NCBI GenBank assembly: GCA_900018335.1 | Contig: FIZK01000004.1 | Coordinates: forward strand, 1 to 59,205 | Origin: an uncultured Clostridia bacterium | Lineage (GTDB): Bacteria; Bacillota; Limnochordia; Darwinibacteriales; Darwinibacteriaceae | Length of the DNA: 59,205 nt | Direction of reading: 5' to 3' | Part shown: positions 18,820 through 27,167 of the stretch, in pieces | Numbering within the stretch: position 1 is the stretch's first letter | How the letters are laid out: each line of letters begins with the position of its first letter | Position numbers and translations under genes: made by a program | The notes under the pieces: generated by a model | Seen by the model: the letters and a program-made list of their open reading frames with translations, nothing else | What the model was told of the DNA's origin: nothing | The model's database searches: none

Positions 18820-18837
18820 AGCCTAAACATCCTAGAG

Positions 18838-20502
18838 CTAGATTTCCGTGATGATGGGCAAGATCATTGGGCGGCGCTTAGTCTTCTCCCATACATAACG
18901 GCTTAGGCTGTCGCGAACAGCTCCTTTGATCGCACCCCAATCGGTGTTGTTCTGAAGGATGCAGCCCTCGATGGCCTCTTTGGCCCTGTGGCGAACTTCC
19001 TCCATGAGCTCTTCAGATTCGCGCACGTAGACGAAGCCGCGGGAAACAACATCGGGGCCTGCCACCACTTTGTTGGCGCTTTTGTTCATGGTCACCACAA
19101 CAACGACAATTCCATCGGTGGAAAGCTGGCGCCGATCGCGCAGCACGATGTTGCCCACATCGCCCACCCCCAATCCGTCAACGAACACCTGCCCCGAGAC
19201 AACGCGCTCCTTGATGCGCATCTGCTGTCCCGTAAACTCAACGGGAAGGCCGATCTCACCGATGATAATGTTGTCCTTGGGTACGCCCGTGGCTTCAGCC
19301 AGCTCTGCGTGCTTCAAAAGCATGCGGTGTTCGCCGTGAATGGGCATGAAGTACTTAGGCTTGCACAGGTTGAGGAGCAGTTTGAGTTCCTCCTGCTGGG
19401 CGTGGCCCGAGGTATGGACGCCCAAATGGGGCTCGTAGACCACGTTGGCTCCTTCTTTGAACAACTGGTTGATGATTCTGCCCACCGACTTCTCGTTGCC
19501 TGGAATTGGCGAAGCGGAAATGATCACCGTGTCTCCGGGGGCAATGGAGATGTGATGATGTTCGGCCATGGCCATGCGGCTCAGGGCAGCCATGGGCTCG
19601 CCCTGGCTTCCTGTGGTAATAATCACCGTTTTGTCCTTATCGAGCTTATTCAAATCTTCCAGTTCCACCAGCACACCATCGGGAATATCAAGGTAGCCCA
19701 GTTCTGAAGCCACCTCAATTGTCCTGATCATGCTGCGTCCTGTAATGCTCACATGACGGCCTTCCCTGGCCGCGGCATCGAAGATCTGCTGAATGCGGTG
19801 CACGTTGGAAGCAAAGGTGGCCACGAGAATTCTCCCTTTGGCCCTGCTGAAAATGCTCTGGAAAGTCTCCCCCACTGTCCTCTCGGACGCTGTGTACCCG
19901 GGCCGCTCCGCGTTAGTAGAATCAGACAGGAGGCAGAGCACGCCATCCTGGCCCAGCTGGGCAAAGGCGTAAAGGTCGGCCACCTTGCCGTCGTAGGGGG
20001 TCTGGTCAAACTTGAAGTCGCTGCAGTGCACAATGGCGCCCATGGGCGTATGGAAAGCCACCGCGACTACTCCGGCTATGCTGTGGTTGACATGGATGAA
20101 CTCCACATCGAAACGGCCCACTTTGATCCTCTGGCCCGGGCTGATTTCATGCAGCACAGCACTCCTCTCCAACCCGTGCTCGATGAGCTTCACCCGTAAT
20201 AGGCCCAAGGTTAGCTTCGTCCCGTACACCGGTACGTTCAACTGGCGCAGGACAAAGGGCACGCCTCCAATGTGGTCCTCATGGCCGTGGGTGAGAATGA
20301 TGGCCTTAACCCGATGGGCATTTTCCACCAGATAGGTGATATCGGGAATAACTAAATCAACCCCAGGCATATCGTCTTCAGGAAACATGACTCCGGCATC
20401 TACGATGACCAGATCACCGCCGATTTCGTAGACGGTCATGTTCTTTCCGATCTCGCCCAAACCGCCCAGGGGCAGTATACGTATTTTCTCCTCTTTATTC
20501 AT
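18838..20502 (-). CDS. rnj: Ribonuclease J
   Basis: 554 aa with the metallo-beta-lactamase motif THGHEDHIGG and a beta-CASP layout. ATG at 20502 (MNKEEKIRILPLGG) follows GGAGGTG. Confidence 0.92.
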   Translation of the reverse strand: MNKEEKIRILPLGGLGEIGKNMTVYEIGGDLVIVDAGVMFPEDDMPGVDLVIPDITYLVENAHRVKAIILTHGHEDHIGGVPFVLRQLNVPVYGTKLTLGLLRVKLIEHGLERSAVLHEISPGQRIKVGRFDVEFIHVNHSIAGVVAVAFHTPMGAIVHCSDFKFDQTPYDGKVADLYAFAQLGQDGVLCLLSDSTNAERPGYTASERTVGETFQSIFSRAKGRILVATFASNVHRIQQIFDAAAREGRHVSITGRSMIRTIEVASELGYLDIPDGVLVELEDLNKLDKDKTVIITTGSQGEPMAALSRMAMAEHHHISIAPGDTVIISASPIPGNEKSVGRIINQLFKEGANVVYEPHLGVHTSGHAQQEELKLLLNLCKPKYFMPIHGEHRMLLKHAELAEATGVPKDNIIIGEIGLPVEFTGQQMRIKERVVSGQVFVDGLGVGDVGNIVLRDRRQLSTDGIVVVVVTMNKSANKVVAGPDVVSRGFVYVRESEELMEEVRHRAKEAIEGCILQNNTDWGAIKGAVRDSLSRYVWEKTKRRPMILPIITEI

Positions 20503-20623
20503 GCAGTTCAAAACACCTCCAAAGATTATGACTTTTTGGTTCCGCGCAACAAAATTAACCACCTCTGCCGCCCATTTGGGTGGTTAGCTTTCTACTTAAG
20601 CCGAACAAGTCACAGATTCTTAT

Positions 20624-20652
20624 ATTATACACACAGCGCTGGAAATAATCAA
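20624..20652 (-). promoter_or_regulatory. Sigma-A type promoter for rnj
   Basis: Minus strand has TTGATT (20652..20647), a 17-nt spacer, then TATAAT (20629..20624), in an AT-rich gap. Confidence 0.6.
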
Positions 20653-20662
20653 ACGCGAAAGG

Positions 20663-20706
20663 AAAAGCCCTCTCCCGGTGTTACCAGGTAGAGGGCTGTT
20701 TTTTTC
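20663..20706 (-). terminator. Intrinsic terminator after dapA (hairpin flanked by A/T runs, possibly bidirectional)
   Basis: Stem GCCCTCT (20667..20673) pairs with AGAGGGC (20690..20696). The minus strand then reads TTTTCCTTTC. Confidence 0.7.
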
Positions 20707-20720
20707 AGAGGCAAAAATTG

Positions 20721-21602
20721 TCAGGATCCTAAACCCATGCTGAAGAGCACTTCCTTGATTTTCTGGGCTTCCTGCTCCGTAAGGTCCACCAAGGGCAGGC
20801 GCAGCGGCCCGGTGTCCACGCCCATGAACTCCAAAGCCCGCTTTACCGGTACCGGATTCGTGGTCAGGAACATGGCCTGGAAAAGGGGCATGAGCTTAAG
20901 ATGAATCTCCAGCGCCTCTCCCACCTTACCGGCGAGAAAAGCGGAAATCATGGCCTTGATTTCCCGCCCCACCAAGTGACTGGCCACACTCACCACGCCT
21001 GCACCGCCCACGGCCAAAATGGGCAGGGTCAGGGCATCATCGCCGGAGTAGATGAGGAAGTCCTCAGGCACCATTGTCTTAAGCACACTTACCTGCTCCA
21101 GGTTCCCGCTGGCTTCCTTGATGGCCACGATGTTCTCGATCTCCGCAAGGCGGGCTACCGTTTCGGGCAAGATGTTCACACTTGTGCGGCCCGGAACGTT
21201 GTAGATCATCACGGGCAGCGTCGTCTGCTCCGCCACCGTTTTGAAGTGCTGGTACAACCCCTCCTGGGACGGCTTGTTATAGTACGGAGCAACCAGCATG
21301 ATTCCATCCACGCCAGCCTTCTCTGCAGCTTTGGTCAGGAGGATGCTATCCTGAGTGCTGTTTGAACCGGTTCCCGCGATGATGGTCATCTGCCCCCCAA
21401 GGGCATCAGTTACCGCGGAGAAGAGCTTGACCTTCTCCTCAAAACTCAAGTTAGGGCTTTCACCGGTGGTGCCGCTCAGTACCACCCCGTCGGAGCCGTT
21501 CTCACCCAGCCTCTGCGCCAACTCAACCGCCGCCGTGTAGTTCACGGATTGATCCCTGTTCATGGGTGTGATCATCGCGGTTAGAACCTGACCTGATTTC
21601 AT
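20721..21602 (-). CDS. dapA: 4-hydroxy-tetrahydrodipicolinate synthase
   Basis: 293 aa with GTTGESP, YNVPGRT and IVAIKEASG motifs. Confidence 0.92.
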   Translation of the reverse strand: MKSGQVLTAMITPMNRDQSVNYTAAVELAQRLGENGSDGVVLSGTTGESPNLSFEEKVKLFSAVTDALGGQMTIIAGTGSNSTQDSILLTKAAEKAGVDGIMLVAPYYNKPSQEGLYQHFKTVAEQTTLPVMIYNVPGRTSVNILPETVARLAEIENIVAIKEASGNLEQVSVLKTMVPEDFLIYSGDDALTLPILAVGGAGVVSVASHLVGREIKAMISAFLAGKVGEALEIHLKLMPLFQAMFLTTNPVPVKRALEFMGVDTGPLRLPLVDLTEQEAQKIKEVLFSMGLGS

Positions 21603-21614
21603 GTGCTTGACCTC

Positions 21615-22847
21615 CTATATAGAATCGAGATGAAATTCTCTATACAACGCCTGTACGGCCCTGGCTGTATGTTCCTCCGAAACGAGGCAGGATATGTTGG
21701 CATGGGAGTCACTCGTCTGGTAAATGGGGATGTCTTCCGAGCTCAAGCAGTTTACTACCCGAGCCATAACTCCGGGAACGCCGTGCATCCCCGCCCCCAC
21801 CACAGAAACCTTGGTAAAACCCGTCTTGATTTGCACATCCAGCTCCAAAGGGGCCAAGGCTTCCTGAGCCAGGGGCACCTTGGCTTGATCAATCACCAGC
21901 AGAATGGAGTCCACCGCCAGGTTGATCAAGTCCACGCTGACCTGAGCATCGGCCAACACTTTAAACACCTGAGCACCGAGGCCCGAAGCATGAAAGTCCT
22001 CTACACCACCGATCTTCACCTGCGCTCGCTTGCCCAGGTGCGTGATGCCCGTCACAACCCGATCAGAAACCTGCTCGCCGCCGAGGCCAGTCCTGACTTT
22101 CACGCCGTGACCTATAAAAGTGCCCCCTGTGGAGTGCTGCAGAGAGCGGATCTGCACAGGAATTCCTTCTTCCATGGCTATTTCAGCCGCCCGGGGATGC
22201 AGCACCTTCGCACCCATATGCCCCATTTCCATCACTTCCCGGTAAGACATGACCTGGAGAGTGGGAGCATCGGGGACAAGCTGCGGATCTGCGGTCTTCA
22301 CCCCGTCTACGTCGGTGTAAATTTCCACCCGCTCCGCCTTGAGCACAACTCCCAGAACAGCCGCCGTGGTATCACTGCCACCTCGTCCCAGGGTAGTGAC
22401 CACCCCATCCTCCGTAACACCCTGGAAGCCGGCAACAACTGGGATCCTGCCTTGGCGCAGGATCTGCCACAGACGCTCGCCGTGCACCTCAAGCACCCTG
22501 GCCCCCAGATGCACATCGTCAGTGGTAATTCCGCACTGCCAGCCCGTTAAAGCAACAGCCGGCAGCCCCATCCCGCATAGACCCTCGGCGAAGAGTGCCG
22601 CCGAGATAATTTCCCCACAGGACAGCAGCAAGTCCACATTCATCCCCTGGGCCTTGGGGTTGTTTTCTCGCATCAACTCCAACAGGGTATCCGTGGCATA
22701 GGGATCGCCAATGCGCCCCATTGCGGAAGTAACCACCACCGGAGCAAAGCCTTTCTCCACGGCCTCCCAAACTCGCTGCATCGCCTCCCGGCGCAGCTCC
22801 GCGGTGGCCAGAGAGCTGCCGCCGAATTTCTGCACAACAATTCTCAC
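21615..22847 (-). CDS. dapG: Aspartate kinase (DapG-like)
   Basis: N-terminus VQKFGGSSL with C-terminal ACT domains. GTG at 22847 follows GAGGTGA. The track start at 22880 overlaps asd. Confidence 0.9.
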   Translation of the reverse strand: MRIVVQKFGGSSLATAELRREAMQRVWEAVEKGFAPVVVTSAMGRIGDPYATDTLLELMRENNPKAQGMNVDLLLSCGEIISAALFAEGLCGMGLPAVALTGWQCGITTDDVHLGARVLEVHGERLWQILRQGRIPVVAGFQGVTEDGVVTTLGRGGSDTTAAVLGVVLKAERVEIYTDVDGVKTADPQLVPDAPTLQVMSYREVMEMGHMGAKVLHPRAAEIAMEEGIPVQIRSLQHSTGGTFIGHGVKVRTGLGGEQVSDRVVTGITHLGKRAQVKIGGVEDFHASGLGAQVFKVLADAQVSVDLINLAVDSILLVIDQAKVPLAQEALAPLELDVQIKTGFTKVSVVGAGMHGVPGVMARVVNCLSSEDIPIYQTSDSHANISCLVSEEHTARAVQALYREFHLDSI

Positions 22848-22860
22848 GCTCTCACCTCGC

Positions 22861-23895
22861 CTAGATGGCGCCCATCTCAATAGCCAGTTCCGCTATCTGC
22901 ACTGCATTGAGGGCCGCGCCTTTACGCACTTGATCCGTCACCGCCCAGAGGTTGAGTCCGTTTTCCACCGTGAGGTCGCGGCGGATCCGCCCTACGTATA
23001 CCGCATCCTTACCCGTGAGAAACAGGGGCATGGGATATTCCTGCCGCTCAGGGGCGTCCCGAACCTCGACACCAGGCGCCTGCTTGAGCAGTTCCCGGCA
23101 TTCCTCAGGTGAGAGCGCCGATTCGGTCTCCACGTTGATGCTTACGGCGTGACAGCGCATCACCGGAATACGAATGGTCGTGGCTGTAACCTTCAGACCC
23201 GGCTCCTTGAACATCTTCTGGGTCTCCCGCACCATCTTCCATTCTTCCTTAGTGTAATCGTCTTCGGCAAATTCGTCAATTTGTGGAATAACGTTAAAGG
23301 CAATGGGATAATGCCGAGGAGCGCTGGCCACGGGCAGGATTGCCGCCTCCATTTCCCGGCCTGCCACATAGTCCTCAGTCTGACGGCGCAGTTCGTCCAT
23401 GGCCTTCCCGCCAGCTCCAGACACGGCTTGATAGGTGGACACCACAACCCGCTTGATACCGGCCCGGTCAAAGATGGGCTTGAGGGGCAGAACCATAAGG
23501 ATAGTGGAACAGTTCGGATTGGCGATGATCCCCTTGTGTTTCAGGATTTCTTCCTTATTCACCTCGGGGACGACAAGGGGTACATCATCCCTGAGGCGGA
23601 AGGCGCTTGTGTTGTCAATAACCAAGGCACCGGCTGCCACAGCGGTATCCATCCATTCTCGGCTTACCTGTCCACCTGCGGAAAAAAAGGCAATGTCTAC
23701 CCCCTGGAAGGCTTCCGGCGTCGCTTCCTGCACCGCGTACTCCTTTCCGCCCACCAACACTCTCTTTCCGGCGGATCGGGCTGAAGACATGAGGGTCAGG
23801 TTTTTTATGGGAAACCTGCGCTCCACCAGGATATCTAGGAGTTCCTGTCCCACCATGCCGGTCGCGCCCAGGATCGCTACGTTGAATTCCTTCAT
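22861..23895 (-). CDS. asd: Aspartate-semialdehyde dehydrogenase
   Basis: 344 aa with ILGATGMVGQ and the active-site Cys motif NPNCSTI. Confidence 0.92.
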   Translation of the reverse strand: MKEFNVAILGATGMVGQELLDILVERRFPIKNLTLMSSARSAGKRVLVGGKEYAVQEATPEAFQGVDIAFFSAGGQVSREWMDTAVAAGALVIDNTSAFRLRDDVPLVVPEVNKEEILKHKGIIANPNCSTILMVLPLKPIFDRAGIKRVVVSTYQAVSGAGGKAMDELRRQTEDYVAGREMEAAILPVASAPRHYPIAFNVIPQIDEFAEDDYTKEEWKMVRETQKMFKEPGLKVTATTIRIPVMRCHAVSINVETESALSPEECRELLKQAPGVEVRDAPERQEYPMPLFLTGKDAVYVGRIRRDLTVENGLNLWAVTDQVRKGAALNAVQIAELAIEMGAI

Positions 23896-23940
23896 CCAAT
23901 GATCTCTCCTTCTAACTTGACTCCCTATACTTCATGTTCG

Positions 23941-24543
23941 CTACTTGACTTCTCTTAGCTTTCTTTCGATGAGCACAGGCTGAATCTGCCTGCCTTGTAA
24001 AGCATATTCCACTGTGGGAACAATTAGATCCATATCTGCCACCAGAGATCTGGGTTTTTGCCCGGGATTGTCTTGACCAAAAGGTACAAAAAACACCCTG
24101 GGAGTATTGAGCAGTACTCCAAGGTTCTTGGCGTTGAGGCCCAAGGCATCGTTGGTGGATATGGCCAGCACCACCGGCCGCCCGTTGCGCAGCTGCGCCT
24201 TGGCGGCCATGAGCACCGGAGTGTCCGTTATGGCGTTGGCCAGTTTGGCGCAGGTGTTCCCCGTGCAGGGCGCAATCACCAGCACGTCCAAGAGAGCCTG
24301 GGGGCCCAAAGGTTCTGCTTCCACGATGGTGGTAATGACTGGCCTTCCGGCAAGTTCAGCAAAATGCGCAATGATCTCGGCGCCCGAGCCAAACCGGGTG
24401 TCTGTTTCTGCAACCGCCCGGGAAGCCAGGGGGAAAATTTCGGCACCGGCTTCCTTGAGCCTTTTCACCTGCGGCCAAATTTCCTGGTAAGTGCAGTGGC
24501 TTCCTGTGAGGGCGAAACCGACCTTCCTAGCTCTCAGACCCAT
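23941..24543 (-). CDS. dpaB: Dipicolinate synthase subunit B (flavoprotein)
   Basis: 200 aa with a GFALTGSHCT flavoprotein fold. It overlaps subunit A by 17 nt. Confidence 0.88.
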   Translation of the reverse strand: MGLRARKVGFALTGSHCTYQEIWPQVKRLKEAGAEIFPLASRAVAETDTRFGSGAEIIAHFAELAGRPVITTIVEAEPLGPQALLDVLVIAPCTGNTCAKLANAITDTPVLMAAKAQLRNGRPVVLAISTNDALGLNAKNLGVLLNTPRVFFVPFGQDNPGQKPRSLVADMDLIVPTVEYALQGRQIQPVLIERKLREVK

Positions 24544-25438
24544 GTTCTTCCTCCCCTAACAGGTTTTCGAGCAGGCGAGGAATGGTCTTGATCAGAATGG
24601 CGGCGGCCGTTTTGGGAGCAACTCTACCGGGTAGCGAAAGGGCATGGATGGCCTTCAACCCCAGCTGTTCTGCGGCGGCGAAGTCTGTTCCTCCTGGGCC
24701 AGAAGCTATATCAACGATGACAGTTCCCCTTTCCAAATGCCGCAGATAGGATCGGGGCAGGACCATGGCTGGAATGGTGTTAAAGATGATCTCGAAATCG
24801 CGGCGCGCACTCAGCCCTGTGATGGGCAGAGGCTCGCAGCCCAGGGCATAGGCGCCGGCAAGATCCTGCGCCGAGCGGGAGCACACCGTAACACGGGCTC
24901 CCAGGGCCAGTAAGCTCCTGGCCAGAGTGGTTCCACACCGGCCGAAGCCCATCACCAAGCAGCGGGAGTTGTGGATGGTGATCTCAGTGTTCTCCATGGC
25001 CACTTGGATGGCCCCTTCTGCCGTGGGAACAGAGTTGAGAATGGCGATCTCAGGGATCTCCGCCATTTCCACCAAGCGAAGATTGTATTGGGCAGCCAGC
25101 CCGCGGATGATGGGCCTGGCCACGCCAATGAGCAGAGGCGTCCCGCTGGCTAAAAGCGGTATTGCGTCCGTCAAATCGATGACCAAACCGCTGTCTCCCA
25201 TATGGGCCGTCACCCTGCCAGCAGCATCGGTGCTGCTCATGGGCGCGATCACCGCCTCGGTCCCCCGCACCGCTTCCCTCGCATCGCTGAAATGCAGCGC
25301 CCGCTTCAGGCGTTCATCCTCTGGAAATCCCACCAAACGCAGATCTGCCCCTAGATCGAGTAAGGCTGCAGCCAGCTCAACTTCTCGCATGTCGCATCCC
25401 AGCATAGTTACGGGCGTGCTGGATAGCTGACCAGCCAT
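24527..25438 (-). CDS. dpaA: Dipicolinate synthase subunit A
   Basis: 303 aa with the dehydrogenase-like motif VMGFGRCG. Gene order with dpaB supports the call. Confidence 0.85.
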   Translation of the reverse strand: MAGQLSSTPVTMLGCDMREVELAAALLDLGADLRLVGFPEDERLKRALHFSDAREAVRGTEAVIAPMSSTDAAGRVTAHMGDSGLVIDLTDAIPLLASGTPLLIGVARPIIRGLAAQYNLRLVEMAEIPEIAILNSVPTAEGAIQVAMENTEITIHNSRCLVMGFGRCGTTLARSLLALGARVTVCSRSAQDLAGAYALGCEPLPITGLSARRDFEIIFNTIPAMVLPRSYLRHLERGTVIVDIASGPGGTDFAAAEQLGLKAIHALSLPGRVAPKTAAAILIKTIPRLLENLLGEEEHGSES

Positions 25439-25470
25439 GACAAGCCCTCCTCACCGAAACTCACTAGTCA

Positions 25471-26178
25471 CTATATGTCGGTGAAGAGAATGTGTTCTAG
25501 TCCGATGACAAGACCCTTAACCCGCGGAACTTGGCGGATAGCCAAAAGCACTCCTGGCATGAAGCTTTCCCGGTTATTGGAGTCATGGCGCAAAGTCAGG
25601 GTTTGCCCTGGCAGCCCCAGAATAACCTCTTGGTGGGCCACAAGTCCAGGAAGCCTCACGCTGTGGATGGGTATTTCCTTCTGGTGAACTTCTTCCATGA
25701 GCAGACGGGTCCGCAGCGCCGTCCCGGAGGGAGCATCCAGCTTTTCAGCGTGGTGGTACTCGATAATCTCCGCCTGATCGAAAAAGCGCACAGCATCCCT
25801 GGCGAACCTCATCATCAAGACGGCCCCAATGGCGAAATTGGGGGCAATGATCGCTTTCCAGTTTTCCTGCAGAGCACGAGCCTGCCACTGGGCAAGGTCG
25901 TGGGGCTTAAACCCGGTTGTGCCGATAACCATGGGTACATTGTGGGCCAAACAAACTTCCATGGACCCCTGTACAGCCGCGGGCGTGGTGAAATCCACCA
26001 CAACATCGGGTTTTACCGTCTTCAGGGCTTCGGTGAGGTCAGTAAACACCCGCAAATCGTCCTGGGGCCGTCCGGCCGGATCAACACCGCCCACCAGCTC
26101 CAGATCCATGGCGCCCCGCACGGCTTTACAGACCTCATGCCCCATTTTTCCATGGGCTCCATTTACTAATACCCGCAT
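25471..26178 (-). CDS. dapB: 4-hydroxy-tetrahydrodipicolinate reductase
   Basis: Contains MRVLVNGAHGKMG and EIIEYHHAEKLDAPSGTA. ATG at 26178 follows AAGGAGG. The track ORF start at 26373 is an extension. Confidence 0.9.
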   Translation of the reverse strand: MRVLVNGAHGKMGHEVCKAVRGAMDLELVGGVDPAGRPQDDLRVFTDLTEALKTVKPDVVVDFTTPAAVQGSMEVCLAHNVPMVIGTTGFKPHDLAQWQARALQENWKAIIAPNFAIGAVLMMRFARDAVRFFDQAEIIEYHHAEKLDAPSGTALRTRLLMEEVHQKEIPIHSVRLPGLVAHQEVILGLPGQTLTLRHDSNNRESFMPGVLLAIRQVPRVKGLVIGLEHILFTDI

Positions 26179-26212
26179 CCATGGGCCCTCCTTTCCACAG
26201 CCATTCCAGTAC

Positions 26213-26242
26213 ATTCTATAAGACGGGAGGTCTTTCCTGCAA
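26213..26242 (-). promoter_or_regulatory. Possible promoter for dapB
   Basis: Minus strand has TTGCAG (26242..26237), an 18-nt spacer, then TAGAAT (26218..26213). The match is weak. Confidence 0.3.
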
Positions 26243-26258
26243 AGTCGCATACAATGAG

Positions 26259-26282
26259 GAAGGCCGCCTTGCGGCGGCCTTC
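26259..26282 (-). terminator. Perfect 10-bp GC-rich hairpin 9 nt after the stress-protein stop (terminator-like, no U-tract)
   Basis: Reads GAAGGCCGCC-TTGC-GGCGGCCTTC, which is palindromic on both strands. Confidence 0.4.
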
Positions 26283-26290
26283 TCCCCTGT

Positions 26291-26794
26291 TTAGCTCTTC
26301 TTTCCTCCGTGGGTTTCCACGTCCTTGGCTCCATGCTGTCTGAGAATGGAACTGGCGTCGTTGGCTTTGTCATCGCTGGTCTCGATTACGGCCAGAACGC
26401 CTCCCTGTTTCAAGTTCTCTTCGTATTGGCGACCCCTATCCTCCGGAATTCCCAAGTCGATTAGGCCTCCCGCCACACCGCCGGTTACCGCCCCGGACAG
26501 GGCACCCGCCAGAGGTCCGGCTGCCACGATGGGCCCTATCCCCGGTATGGCCAGGGCCCCCACGCCAGCCAGCAGGCCAGCAACTCCTCCCAGTGCCCCG
26601 CCCCAGGTGGTCCCTTCAGCGATGGAGTCGGTGCCAAACTCTCCTCCCGTTTCCATGTCCGTCCCGCCCTTACGGGCCTTGTCATCCTTGGCCACAATGG
26701 AGATTTCATTGTCCTTAAACCCTTTATTTCTCAGTGCTTTGACCGCCTTTTCGGCTGTGGAAATGTCACTGAAAACTCCAATGACTGTTGACAA
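26291..26794 (-). CDS. General-stress-protein-like protein with a glycine-zipper central region
   Basis: 167 aa. A YflT/GSP17M-like N-terminus (VIGVF, AEKAVKALRNKGF) is followed by a Gly/Ala-rich hydrophobic segment. TTG start follows AAGGGGG. Confidence 0.5.
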   Translation of the reverse strand: MSTVIGVFSDISTAEKAVKALRNKGFKDNEISIVAKDDKARKGGTDMETGGEFGTDSIAEGTTWGGALGGVAGLLAGVGALAIPGIGPIVAAGPLAGALSGAVTGGVAGGLIDLGIPEDRGRQYEENLKQGGVLAVIETSDDKANDASSILRQHGAKDVETHGGKKS

Positions 26795-26828
26795 TAATAT
26801 ACCCCCTTTTCCATGTCTTAGCTCTAGC

Positions 26829-27128
26829 TTACCCGAAAAAGGGGGGCTTATTCCAACTGCGTCCTTCCTGAATTTTCTTCATCACGGCGGTATAATCCTC
26901 AGCCGTGGTCAAATCCACGATGATCAGGTCGCGGCCTATCTTCTTTATCCCCTTCCAGGGAATAACGATGAGTTTGGGACGGAACCAGCGGCTCCCGTAG
27001 GGTATGACGATGGACCGCACCTCACCGGTCCGCAGATCGATGATCAGGTCGGTGTGGTCCACTACGCCAAGCCTGATACCCTCATCGATGCAGACAATCT
27101 CCTTGCCCGCAAGTTCAGAGTACCGCAT
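26829..27128 (-). CDS. ymxH: YlmC/YmxH family sporulation protein (PRC barrel)
   Basis: 99 aa with the family pattern MRYSELAGKEIV, G, VDLIID. Its position near mlpA and spoVF supports the call. Confidence 0.8.
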   Translation of the reverse strand: MRYSELAGKEIVCIDEGIRLGVVDHTDLIIDLRTGEVRSIVIPYGSRWFRPKLIVIPWKGIKKIGRDLIIVDLTTAEDYTAVMKKIQEGRSWNKPPFFG

Positions 27129-27167
27129 ACCACCACCTCGGCTTAGCTTATGTCAGCCCCGAGCCTG

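Noticed and set aside
21603-22550. Long plus-strand ORFs antisense to recognised minus-strand genes (e.g. 21603..22550 at 315 aa, 26325..27146, 1274..2017, 8335..9099, 52843..53802, 36192..36935).
   Set aside because: These are shadow ORFs, typical of a ~58% GC genome. They have no RBS, low-complexity Arg/Pro/Ser/Gly-rich translations and no recognisable motifs. Each fully overlaps a confidently identified gene on the other strand.
25471-26373. N-terminal extensions in the ORF track for many genes (dapB to 26373, rnj to 20562, kamD to 9504, MutS-like to 11155, recN to 49047, argR to 49549, xseA to 56687, amaP to 58794, yggS to 16046, beta-barrel-like to 28535).
   Set aside because: The extensions overlap the upstream gene, lack an RBS and encode low-complexity sequence. 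In each case an internal start with a GGAGG-type RBS reproduces the conserved family N-terminus.
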